A DNA stretch of 64,000 nucleotides from NCBI GenBank assembly GCA_030704615.1, contig CM060733.1, positions 60,264,001 through 60,328,000 of the forward strand, read 5' to 3'. The notes below the pieces were generated by a model. It had not been told where the DNA came from and did no database searches. It worked only from the letters and a program-made list of their open reading frames with translations. Source of the stretch: Takakia lepidozioides (taxonomy: Eukaryota; Plantae; Bryophyta). The first letter of the stretch is position 1. Each line of letters opens with the position of its first letter. Shown here in pieces: positions 50,930-62,942 of this stretch. Position numbers and translations under genes: made by a program.

Positions 50930-51790
50930 ATTTGTCTTCTGGACTTGTTTGGCGGGATCAGCACCGGATTGGCTGCTGTGTTACAGGCAGGTGTACGAGT
51001 TCGGCGTTACCTGTATGTGGAGAGGGATGAGACTGCACGACGCGTTTCACTTCGCCATGTTGCTCAGTTGGTGCAGCGGTACCCTGAGTTGTTGTCGGTG
51101 TCTGCAATTCGTGGATATCAGCAGGCCTTGCCAGCAGACATTTCGTTGCTGGGGGCGCAGGATTGGAGCGGGTTGGCTCCATTGATCTGGTAGTGGCAGG
51201 TTGGCCCTGCCAAGGGCATTCATCAGCCGGGCATGGCAATGGATTGCGAGACTCGAGGTCGGGTCTGTTTTGGGAGATGGTGCGGTTTTTGCGCCACTTG
51301 CAGCTTCATCAAGCTGTATCTCCAGCATACATCTTGGAGAATGTGCCACTGATGGGCGATTCTCGGGCCAGGGTGATGGCCAGTGTGCATCAAGTCCGGT
51401 CGTGGCTTGGGTCAGCAGTGTTGCTAGATGCAGCTACAGTGGGGTCACGGCTCATCGTCCACGGCTATGGTTGGACTAACTTGATGCCACCCGCACTGCT
51501 CAAGCGTGCATTTGATGGGTGCAGCGGCCAGCACATCTCACAGTGGATAACATTCTGGACACAGGAGGCTCACTGCTCAGCTTCCCAGGATCGCATGCTT
51601 TCCGGGATAGTGGACCTGGCCTCCTGTGGGATGCTCAGTTGCAGCAGTTAGTGGAGCCTAATGCTGACGAGCGTGAGCGGGCAATGGGTTTACCACTGGT
51701 ACCACGGCGGTGTCGTCTCTTTCTGAGGCATCACGTCGTCAAGTGTTGGGGCAAGCAATGGATCTCAATTGCTTGACCTGGATTATCAAG
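50930..51790 (+). other. C5 cytosine DNA methyltransferase domain (DNMT3/DRM-like features) embedded in pol
   Basis: Motifs in order: I LLDLFGGISTG, II YLYVERDE, III LPADI, IV IDLVVAGWPCQGHS (PC at 51205-51210), RSGLFWEMVR, VI YILENV, VIII HRPRLWWTNL (reconstructed), IX ERERAMG.P, X RRQVLGQAMD. Split by 1-bp indels. Confidence 0.92.
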
Positions 51791-52249
51791 CTTGGCTCTG
51801 GCTAAGCAACGCAGAGTGCGAGTACACTTCCCTCAATGGTCTCTCTGCCTACCGAACGGTACAGGCAGTGAGTGGGGCGAGCATTGAGGACCACGGGGTG
51901 CATGCATCCATGCACACGTGGGAGTGCTGGAGGTTCAGAGGGAGTTGGCAGCCAAGGCGGCTGTGATAGGGATGAGGTTGGGGATTCTTCTCGGGTTGAG
52001 GAGGTCCTCAAGGATGAGATGATGGGGCAGGATGAGGCCTTGTCATTGACTGAGCAGGTAGGGAGTACTGCTCAAGAGGTTGCAGCATAGCAACCACGGG
52101 ACGCGTCCTCTACCTCTAAGCCCACTGGACTTAAGGTTGCAGTTACGGAGGACAATTGGGAGCCTGACATTGGACCCATTGTCACCGGAGGAGAGAGACG
52201 ACGTATACGGCGGTTCCTGAGGGCTTACAGGAATTGCTTTGCCTTCAGT

Positions 52250-53600
52250 TTGAAGGACTTGGGAGCACTGAAGGGTCAAGAGATCCGTATTGAGTTGGCC
52301 ACTGACACGCCAATCTTTCGGAGACCCTATAGATACAGTGACATGGAGAGGTCTTTGATTCAGATGAGGACTCAAGATCTCTGGGAGGCAGGTTTGGTGG
52401 AGCTCTCTGGTGGAGAGTATGCTTCAGCCACAGTGATGCCAGCCAAGAAGGATGTCTATGGCAATTGGACGGAGAGACGTATGTGCGGTGATTACCGGCC
52501 TGTAAATCGTCAGACCAAGTCCGATAAGTATGCCATGCCAACACCAGAGGAGATCTTTGATGCCATCGGGCATGCTAAGGCCTTTAGCACTTTGGATTTA
52601 CGATCCGGATATCACCAGTTGCCAATCAAGGAGGCGGACAAGCAGAAGACGGCATTCTGGGGGATCAATGAGCACGGCAAGGATTGCCTATATCAGTGGC
52701 GGTTCTTACCATTTGGGCTTAAGAATGCTCCTGCAGAGTTTCAGAGAGTCATGGATAGGATTCTAGCAGGGGTGGACTTTGCTCGGTGCTACATAGATGA
52801 CATCATCATCTTTAGTGTTACGATGGAGGAGCATGAGAGACACCTTCAGGTGGTATTGGAGCGCTTGAGAGCGCACGGATTGAAGTTGCATCCGGGGAAG
52901 TGCAAGTTTTTCCACAACCAGATTGAGTATCTGGGTCACATGATATATCCTGGAGGATTGGGGGTACAGCAGACTAAGGTAGAGGCCATTGCACAAATTC
53001 CACGCCCCACGGATGTGAGCCGAGTTCGAGCTTTCATGGGGTTGGCAAACTATTATAGACGGTTTGTCAAGGGATTTAGTACCATTGCAAAGGCTCTAAC
53101 CAAGCTGACCAAGGTGGACCAGGAGTGGCAGTGGGAAGATGAGCAGGAACGAGCTTTTCAAGAGCTCAAGGCGAGGTTGACCTCGGCGCCTATCTTGAGA
53201 CGACCTATCAGGGGGCGTCCCTTTCAGCTGCATACGGATTGGAGCATGCTGGGGCTTGGAGCGGTGCTCACACAGGTGGATGATGAGGGAAGAGAGTTCG
53301 TAGTGGCTTACGCTAGCCGCTCGAACAACGCTGCAGAGGCTAAGTACAGCTCATATGAGGGAGAGTGCTTAGCTGCAGTGTGGGCCGTGGCACACTTCAG
53401 GTGCTATCTATACGGCAATCTTTTCACCCTTGTCACGGATCACCAGCCACTCAAGTGGTTGATGGAGTCAGACAAGCTTACGGGGAAGCTTGCACGGTGG
53501 GCACTTATACTCCAGGAGTATGACTTTCAGGTTGTGCATCGACCGGGTTTGTCAATCGGGATGCGGATGGATTGAGTCGCAATCCATGCATGAGCCAGCA
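52250..53600 (+). CDS. pol: Reverse transcriptase - RNase H (441-aa open segment of pol)
   Basis: RRMCGDYRPVN, LDLRSGYHQ, LPFGLKNAP, CYIDDII, LHTDWS, YEGECLA, VTDHQPL. Confidence 0.95.
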
Positions 53601-53899
53601 GGATGACACTGGAGCTCGGTGGCATGGTGAGACGGACGAGGAGATGGTGCCGGGATGGCACGCATCTGCATTTTGTGTATCTTGGCATCGGGAGGTCAGA
53701 TTGGACCTACAACAGGGATGACTGTAGACGGAGTGTCTGAGGACCCTGAGGCTAGTGATGAGCTAGGTGGTGCCAGAGATATACATGAGGATTCGGCTGT
53801 GTTGGACTACCTCCGCACGGGAGACACGGCAGCCATTGTGACTGCCAGGGAGAGGGATCGGATCCTGCAACGAGCCAAGAGGTTCAAGTGGGAGGGGAT

Positions 53900-55020
53900 A
53901 CACCTACTTCGAGTGTGGGAGGATGGTCGGGGTGAGGATTGTGCCTCACCCCCACACAGCGTGCACGGTTAGTGCGGCATGCCCATGAGGAGTTGGGGCA
54001 TTTTGGAGTGCGACGCACTCACAGTTTATGCAGGGGCAGTATTGGTGGCGTGGTATGCATACAGAGGTGCAACAGTTCGTGGCTAGGTGCATGGTGTGTG
54101 ACAGGGTGCGTGCTTCATTCAACGCCCCTACACCACAGTTGCATCCTTTACCAATCATGGGATTGGGCTACAGGTGGAGTCTTGACTTCGCAGGACCGTT
54201 GCCACTGACTATGCGCCACCACAGATATGTATTTGGTGATGGGGCACTTCTCCAAGTGGATTGAGTTGGTTCCATTGCCTGACAAGGCTAGTGAGGGGGC
54301 TGCGTATGCATTCTTGGATCGTGTGCTTAGCCGATTTGGTGCTCCAGCTGAGGTACTCACGGACCAAGGGAGAGAGTTCTTGGGGGAGTTTCAGGCTTTG
54401 TGTGATAAAGCCTTGATAGACCACCGCACCACTTCTCGGGATCATCCTGAGGCCGATGGCTTAGCAGAGAGAGTTGTTCAGACGGTGAAGAGGGGTTTGC
54501 GCAAGTATGGCTTGCAGAAGGGACACCTAGGAGATTGGGATCTTCAGGTTCCTTGGTTAGCCATGGGCTACAGGTTCAGCAAACAAGCATCACTTGCCTC
54601 CTTCTCACCATATTTCCTTCTCTTTGGCCGAGAGCCGGATTTGCCTGCAGCCATTCGTAGGGACACTGCTCAAGTCCTTAACCTTGACGACCGGACGTGT
54701 GGGTACGTGCATGTGATCAGCGTGCAGAGTTGTTCAAGAAAGTCATGCCCATGGCTTTTGAGAACCTTGCCATTGCACAGCACCGTGATACGTTGAGGTA
54801 TGCCACTATACGTGGTGGAGGATATCGTCCTGGGGTTCGGAGGTTTAGCCCTGGTGACTATGTTTATTTGCAGCAGACTGCTCCTACGACTCTGGATGTT
54901 ACTGCAGGGCGTGTTATTCTGAGGGTTCGAGAGTGTTGCCCTCAGGGTCCTGATCTTGGAGGTCGGGATGGCATGACTTGGAAGGACCATGTGCGTAATT
55001 GTGCGCCATGTCACCTTCCC
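53900..55020 (+). other. Integrase domain (frameshifted)
   Basis: HEELGH..CMVC zinc-binding motif; SLDFAGP, LTDQG, GLAERVVQ catalytic motifs. Confidence 0.92.
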
Positions 55021-55073
55021 AATGTCGATGCAGAGTTGACCCAAACTTGGCAGTGGTACCTGCAGGTTTGAGG

Positions 55074-55207
55074 TGCATGCTCTGTGGGTCTGCCAAAGGG
55101 GCAGCCACCATGCTGGTGTGTGATCGATGCTCAAGGGGTTGGCATATGGGATGCTTGATACCACCTCTTGAGAAGGTTCTGACGGAGATTGGTTGTGTCC
55201 ACACTGC
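55074..55207 (+). other. PHD finger at the integrase C-terminus
   Basis: CMLC..MLVCDRCSRGWHMGCLIPPLEKV(x)DGDWLCPHC = C4HC3 (one 1-bp indel). Confidence 0.88.
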
Positions 55208-55649
55208 TTGGGATAGTGGCAGTGGACATGACTGGAGGCAGCTAACAAGACATGGGAGGCCAAGCTCATAGGAGTCAATACATGAGATCCCAAGCTCAAG
55301 TTCACAGGTTGCAAGACGGTGACTAACGATGGGGCAACTCTTGCACCCGGCCTCTTGATCTATCGAGTTTGAGTGTAGTAGGGATAGTGGTGGAGGACTT
55401 AGTGAGGCTATGGTCACTATCACATCTTGTGGCTACCTGGACTTAGAGGGACCTAAGCACCAGCTAGGGGGGCTATTGTGTGGACTAGTGACTGCCATAG
55501 TGGGCAGCATAGTGGCAGCCTAGTGACTGACTAGTTGTAGCCTAGTGGTTGGATTAGTGGTTGGACTAGTGGTGGACTAGTGGTATACTAGTGTGTGGTG
55601 TGCACATGTGTTGTGTGGTTTTGGACAGCGATGTAGTTGTGTAGCGATA

Positions 55650-58600
55650 TGTATGTGCACGACAAGTTGAACCGCCATTGTGAGGACATAGGTTGCAAGG
55701 GCACCATTCCACCGAATTTCAAGCCATGGCCCATACCGGTATCGCAGAAAGCTAAAGATGAGGTTGTTTTCAATAGCCGCGGCGCCAACGGTACTGGCGG
55801 ACTGCTGGAAGGATGCAACTAGGCAGTCTGGAGGAAGTGCCTATGCATCCCCGCAAGCAAAAACTCAGTGATGGGGCAAAAAAAAAGTGGGAGCGAAAGC
55901 AGCAAGGTCTGCTCGCGATGCAAACCTGTCAGTCCTGCAGGGGGGTCCGTCCGAAGTGTGTCAGGTAGGCTCTGCTCAGGATGCAAGCATTGCGGGCCTA
56001 CATGGGAGTCCGCCCGATGCGCGCCGGACCAGAAGGTCCCGGTAGATGCCGATGTTCAGCCCCGCCGGTCTACCGAGCGTACCGACAACATCATCCAAAA
56101 TAATGACTTCGAAGGGCAAGGTCCACTGTCTAGTGCAGTGGATATTGCCTTATCTGAGAGGACAAACTTGGACATGCTCATAGACAGCCTCGACGACAAC
56201 ACCTCTCTTGCCCACACCGCCCAGGAGACCCAGCAGCCTGGTCTGCGGGTTGGGCAGACCGAAGATATGGGACCTGAAAAGACCACCCACAAGTCTACTG
56301 GTCCAGCCTGCCCGGGAACGTTGCACCTACTTTGGTTTGGCATTCTCCCACCAATCTGCCCACCCCAAGACGATCCGCAGTTCTTCCCCTTTTTCTTCAG
56401 ATATGTGCAGACATGACGGATAACATCAAGTATTCGGGAAGCCGATGCCATGCGTGATGGCGATGCGGGCAACATACTTGACGAGGTAATGCTATCAAAC
56501 CATTCCTGCAATTTTATGCATTTTTTTGGGACTACTGTCGATTAGTCTGTTGAAGTTCAGCAGACTATGCACGTCCATAGTTCATGACATGCTTATTCTA
56601 CCCCAGTCTCTGGAGTCTGCTAAAGGCAGTGGTCTGCTCATTGCCATGGTCTTGCTGAGTCTTGTGGTCTGCTCAGAGATCTTAGAGCTCCGAATGCCCT
56701 CACAATCGTGTGTGTTTTGCTGCATAGCTGCCAGCTCCCGTATGAACCGACTTGTGGTGAAGCCGACAGACCTATTTCTTGTGTTGTCGCGTAGTCTGCT
56801 CATCTTCACCAGACTGTATACGTCCATAATTAGGTCTTCTGAAATGTTTTTGTCTGCTGAAGTCTGCTAAGATATGAGTGTCTGCTAAATATCATGGTCT
56901 GCTGAGTATTGTGGTCTGCTGAATGTGGATTGTGGGTTGCTGATGGTCTGTTGATTGTCTACTTAGTGTCATTAAATTCAGTCAGTCCAATGGATTCGGT
57001 CTGTCCGATGAAGCTCATTTGTCTTTTGCTGCACAACACACTGCTCAGTCTATTTGCAAAGTCATGTCAACTTGGTGGACACCACGTCAGGAACCTCCTT
57101 TGCAAGTGCGTGAGGTGCGGCTTGAAGTGCAGCGGGTTCATGAGTACATTTTGATGAAATACCCCGGATCAGCAGCCGCCATAGACAAACTTGACACGGA
57201 GTTGGCAGGTCCCCTCCAGCAGACCGCTGACTTCATCACTCCTCAGGAGACCACAGCAAACCACGACAGACCTCAAGAGACCCCAACAGACCTCATCACA
57301 CTAAAGCACAGTGAAGCACACGCCAACAATCATGAGCAGGACTCCTCGCACCTGGGCAGACCGAACCATGCCTCAGCAGACCTCATACCTGAGACTGGGC
57401 CAATTGGACAGGGTGAAGACTATGCCCATTTCCCCTCCACTGTGGGCATTTTTGGGGTGTGGAGATCGCCGTTACCGTGGGCGCCGAAGAACGAGAGGAT
57501 CCTACACTTCCCCGCTTCAGGATTGGTTACACAAGTGCCCATGTGGACTGGTACAGTGACCTGCACCACATTGTAACGGGCCGGAGGTGGCCCTTTGTCC
57601 CTTATCTCTATTCCATGGAGTATACTACGGAAGAAGCCAACCATGTTCTGGAGCAAGCAGGGAAAGTTGCTATTTCTTCTTTGAGTGAAGTAAATGAACC
57701 GCCACTCCTTGTTCAGATCCTCCTTATGGATGACCCTCGCCCGGAGGAGTTGCGGCATATGGCTATGGCACACCCAACGTTTGGTGTCCGCAAGAAGCAC
57801 TTGTCCGCAGTGACTGCGGTCCACTTCGACCGGATGGCATCATCGTTCCTGCAGCATCGGTGGATGCAGTTTGGAAATTTCACATCATCACAAGAAGTTG
57901 CTGAAGGACTTGCCCACTCTTCGGCAAGACTTCCTACATGGATCACAGGCAGGAGAGTCTGTTACAGACGGATCACAAGCACGAGAGTCTGTTGTAGATG
58001 AGACTATGTTGTGGTTCTCGTATGTAATAGAGCTTGTTGTCTTTGACATTGTCTTGCTCAAACCAGACATGTTCAGAGTATTGTGGTCTGGCTCGCCACA
58101 TCACGGCCACAGTTCCGCGCTTGCCCACCTTGATTCCGCACTGCTGGACCGCCAAATTAAAGACATCGGACTTGTTGGAAATCTGCTGGAAGGTACTCGC
58201 GCGCTGCTCTATCTCATTCACTGCTCCCCCCCCCCCCCCGCCAATCCTCCACCGCATTTGTTTATATCATTTTTTGTGTTCCATGCAGGGCGGACAGCGG
58301 GACCTGGAAATCGCATGCTGAGTGCTTTCGACTCCCTTGCCAGGGCTGCCAGAGAGGTTGTCCTAGCTGTGCAGGGTCATGAAACCAGGGGACTGTCCGT
58401 AAGGCTGGCCAGGTCCGGCAGGCTGGGGGGAGGTCTCAGGGGACTGCCGGGGATTTTCAGCGGACTGGTATGCAGACTCAGCAGACTAGTTTGGAGTCTC
58501 AGCAGACTGGTATGGAAATTGAGCAGACAAGACATGTCATGGAGCAGACTACCTTGGGAAATTAGTAGACTACCGTGGAGTCTCGAGACGCCTGTGACCA

Positions 58601-61600
58601 GGAGACTCGCAAACAGACTGAACAGAAGACTCAGGATGACACTGAAAAGAACACTCCCATTGCGAAACAACATTGCCAGAAGACCCAGAAGACCTCACAG
58701 TAGACCTCAGTGGAGTCTGCTGAACAGTACCCTCCCAAGACTGTCCTCCACGACTTGCCCACAACATTTGTTACTGAGTCTGTTATAACGGGACAGTGGC
58801 ACATTCAACGGCCTAACCAACAGTGGATGTCTGAGCATTTGACCCAATTGAAATGGACATCATCTGCCCAACCCAACTTCTTAATGTCTGCCAACCCTTT
58901 GTCAACGGTGCCAGAATCAACTTTCCCCGCCGGATAAGTTCACCCACATACTTTAGCCCACACGATGTAACTATAATCTCGATAAATCCTTAGTATCCAT
59001 CATCCCGTATGACTTTTGAGCTTAGCCCTGTCTTTGTTCGTTCACTGGCGAGAGTCATCGATGAATTTGAAGTGAGCGAACCGACCTGTAGACCAATAAA
59101 CCGCATCATAGACCTTACAGCAGAATCCGATGAGAGAATTCAAGCCAACCCGGCCCTACATGTCTCTGATTGCACCCTTCCCACCGCTTTCAACCCCGAG
59201 TCTGTTCTATCAGCAGACCCTTAAAACTTACTTGATGGTGAAATTGATAGTCTGCTGGTGCGCCTACAAGACCAGAACCACCGTAGGGCAGAGCAGGACA
59301 GGCAGCAGACTAACAAAACTGCCAATGGGAGTGCACAGACGACCAGAGAGGAGACTACGGTGGACACTGTAGAGTACACTAGCAAGGAGACTAACCGGGA
59401 TAAAGGGCAGGAGACTGTCCAGCAGACTGCATGGGGAGTTATCCAGCAGAGTAGGCAGGAGACTGCCGTGGGTGCAGATGGCATTGTTCCGGAGTCTGCC
59501 AACGACATTGCCCCGGAGACTGCAGATGACTCCCACGCCCAACAGAGTATCCGCAAGACTGCCCAAGAGTCTGCTCCTGCGTTTGAGAATCCTTTCCACC
59601 AGACTCCACATTACTCTGCCCAAGAGACTACACACAGGTCTGCTCAGACGAGTTCACAAGACTCTGGTCAGCAGACAACACAAGACTCCGCCGAGGTGAC
59701 TGCCCTGCTTAGAGAGTCTGCCCGGAAGACTGCAACAGACTCTGCCCACCCGACTGCACATGAGTCTGCCCTCTTGCTGCCCAGGTGACTGCAGCAGCAG
59801 ACCCTGCCCACCAGACTGCATGAGTCTGCCCAGGTGACTGCAACAGCAGACCCGTCCCACCCGACTGCGCATGAGTCTACCCAGGAGACTGCAGAAGCAG
59901 ACCCTGCCCACTGGACTACGCATGAGTCTGTCCGGTTGGCTTCAGCAGACACACCCCAACAGACTGCAGCAAACAATTCCCAGCAGACTGCAGCAGACCC
60001 TCTCCAGCAGACTGAACAGATGACTGCACTTGAGTTTTCCAAGGAGACTTCTTCAAAGTATGTCCAGCAGACTCTTATACAGCCCGCCCAAGAGAGTTTC
60101 AATGAGGCGACAGTTGAGGACGTCCGCAAGCAGACTTTGCCTTCGCCGTCTCCGTCTGCTCCTGCTCCTGCCAATGTTGGGTCAACAACAAAGACAGGCG
60201 GTCTGCTCACACCACCCGATTCTCATGTTAGTTCAACGCATGCCATTCGTGAGGCTGCGAGGACTGGACCGGCAAGTGTCAACAAACCGACTGACACTCT
60301 TCTGCTGCGCAGCAGAGCTGCAATATTGCGGCAGTCTGGGCAAGTCGTCCCAAGCATTGCGGTAGAGAACGCCTCCGTCCGAGCAGAAAGAGAAAAAGCC
60401 CAAAAACGTCCGGTCGTTGAGGCGGTCAAGGAGACTGGAGAGGGTCATGTTCAAAAGAGACCAGCCAGGAAAGGCAAGTCAGATGTGTTTATGAACAAGG
60501 ACCGCCGATTTTTGGACATGGACAAGGAGGTGGCAGAGTTACTGGCGTCGAAGAAGTAAGTCGTATGTGTCTGCTGCTTGGTCGTGTTATTTTAAAGTTG
60601 CCTTTGCAGGTATGTATTTTCTGGCAGTCTACTGGCTTCTTGTTTGCAGTCTTGTAAGGTCTGTACTCGGTCTGCTGTGACTGTGACCCATAGTTGTGTT
60701 TGTCGACTTTGTTGATTGTCAGGTCTGTTGTTCGGTCTGCTGTGACAATGCACTCCACTGTCCGAATGTCCGAATGTCCACTGTCCGATTGTTGGGTCTG
60801 TTGGTCGGTCTGCTAAGAGTCTCCCTTGACTTTGGTTTCTGGACTTTCTGGTAATTCAGTTTCCCTCATCGGTCTGCTAAGACTGTGCAGCAGACTGATG
60901 TTTTTGGACATTGTGGAATGAGTGATGTCTTGGTGGGGTCTGACTGTATGTGCAGGATTGAAAGTCGTTTCCGGCGATTGATGTCCATACATGTAGCTGC
61001 TGGGAATAGCATGGTGTATTTTTTCGAAGGAGACTCGCGGTTCCGATGTGGCATTGCGCCGGAAGACCTGAAAGCACTGAACGTGGTTGAGTCGGAGTGC
61101 TCGGACAGACTTTTGGATGTCTGGTGTCGTTTTTTCGAGAACACCCTAGACTCGAGGACGTATGGCACTGTCGCTCTTTTGCCAACGTCGACGTGGTCTG
61201 TTTTCCAGACTTTCGACACAGCCCCACGCGAAACTTTGGTGGCAAACCTTGATGGTGCCTTGACTCCTGCGCGACTTGGCAAAGACATTAAAGACTGCAC
61301 TCATATATTGGTGCCGGTCTTGCAAGGGTAAGACCCGACGGACTTGTTGCACATTTTGCTGTCTGCTGAATGTTGGGTCTTCTGTGTGTTCCTCATGTCT
61401 GTTCGACTGTCTGAGTTGGACGTCATGGTCTGTTCGACTCCTGCACTCTTGGACTGTTGGTCTGCTGGACTGCTAGTCCGTTGCATCTGTTGGAGTGCTA
61501 TGTGTGTTCGGCAGTTGGCCATTTGGACAGCCGAGTATGTTTGTCTGTTGGTCTGCAGAGTCTGTTGGGTTTGGGACTAATGAAATTGTGGGGCATGTTC

Positions 61601-62024
61601 ATTTTTACATTGAAGGTGCCACTGGAGTGTCATTATCATCGACCTAAGGAAAGGCGCCTACAACCCACTTGAACCCCCGGAGGGAAATGCATACTTGCGT
61701 ACAGCTCCTTGGTTGGATTCGGAAGGTGCATGCAGGGTGCTTTGGATATGTTGTTGGGACTCCACAATGGGATGAAGTAATGGCATTTCAGTTCAACTCT
61801 CCCGAAGTGCCCCAACAACCTTTCAGTTGGAGTGTGGGTTTTACGTGATGTCTTTCATTGAAGGGTATTACGACTGGCTGAAAGGCGATAGGCAGAAAAC
61901 CAAAGAGAGAGGACAAGCCTTCACACCAAGGTGGTTTAATTTCAGGTTTCCGTTACTGCAACGATTGCATTGTGTAAAATGTATTCGCCGTGGTTTGGAC
62001 GATGCAGAAAAACTGCTCCTTTGA
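55650..62024 (+). pseudogene. Large transposon-borne gene ending in a Ulp1/C48 cysteine protease domain, with a long Thr/Gln/Glu/Ala-rich repeat linker; degenerate
   Basis: Exons ..-60555, 60956-61327 and 61616-62024 join in phase: IAPEDLKALN..SDRLLDVW..THILVPVLQG|CHWSVIIIDL..VPQQP..ECGFYVMSFIE (His, Gln, Cys of C48 proteases). Upstream exon structure is unresolved. Confidence 0.7.
59690..59935 (+). repeat. In-frame ~48-bp tandem repeats (HPTAHESAQVTAAADP-like)
   Basis: Repeated gactgc(a/g)catgagtct..gactgca..agcagaccc units. Confidence 0.75.
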
Positions 62025-62942
62025 GGAAATAAATATATACATTCAATGTTGTTTCAATTCACATTCTGAATGTATGTAATATTTTCTGAGATGAAGGCCT
62101 ACATGCACTCATACTGTTCCCACTTATGCAAGTTCGTCAAAAGGCCAAACAATACAGTCCAGTAGACAACCACCCCACGTCCTCACTTGGGCAGACTCCT
62201 TGGTTCTACTATTAACTACTGTTAGCAGACTACAGCAGTCTCCGTCTGTTTGACCAGTCTATCGCGCAGTCTGCTGGCCGCTGAGCAGTCTGCCGGCTAG
62301 TCTGTTGCATGCTGAGAAGTCTGTCGCGCAGTGTGCTGGCCGCTCATCAGTCTGCTCGGCAGAGTGTGTGCACTTTGATGCATAGTTATATGTGTGCAGT
62401 TGGGCTCCGTGTCTGGGCGAGTACGCTCCGTGGGAGCAGTCCGATGGACAGTGCAGAAGACCACATAGTCAGTCCATACTGTATGTCTGCTGGACCACCC
62501 AGTCTGTTAGCCGAAAACCATCAGCAGACTTGGCAGTGTTATTCTGTACTTGTGCAGTCTGCTTAGTAGTCTGTTTGGCCATTTCCGCGGTCTGTTGAGC
62601 AGAATGCCCAGTCTTCCGCAACTGGACGGTGGGGCGCTCTGAGCTCTGATGGAATGCACTTCCAGGCTGTTAATGATGCAAACATGTATGCACTCTCAAG
62701 CAGATTGTGGACCTTTTATTTCTCTGCATGGAATATGATGGCATAACATTGTTTTGCTGTGTGAGTATGTTGTCTACTTGGGTCCCGCCAAACGGTCTGA
62801 AACCTTAACAATTCTAGAGTATATTTTCGTTGCAGGTGTTGGGGCATACACCCTATTGCGCGTTCTCCGCAAGACTCTGGGTCGGGTTTTCCATGCTTCG
62901 ACAAAATCCCTCTTCCTTTTCAGAGACAAATTATTATTGTCG

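Larger units (their letters stand above)
44480..55650 (+). mobile_element. Ty3/Gypsy retrotransposon encoding a C5 cytosine DNA methyltransferase and a PHD finger; only partial LTR remnants
   Basis: Collinear + strand domains gag, PR, MTase, RT, RNaseH, INT, PHD; PPT-like AGGGGGG at 55466-55472 followed by TGTGTGGAC at 55477; candidate 5' LTR end GTCCACA|TGG at 44730. Outer limits are approximate. Confidence 0.9.

Noticed and set aside
50930-51790. Bacterial restriction-modification methyltransferase or contamination
   Set aside because: The domain is collinear within a Gypsy polyprotein, has DNMT3-like features, has no partner endonuclease, and the window contains spliced plant genes.
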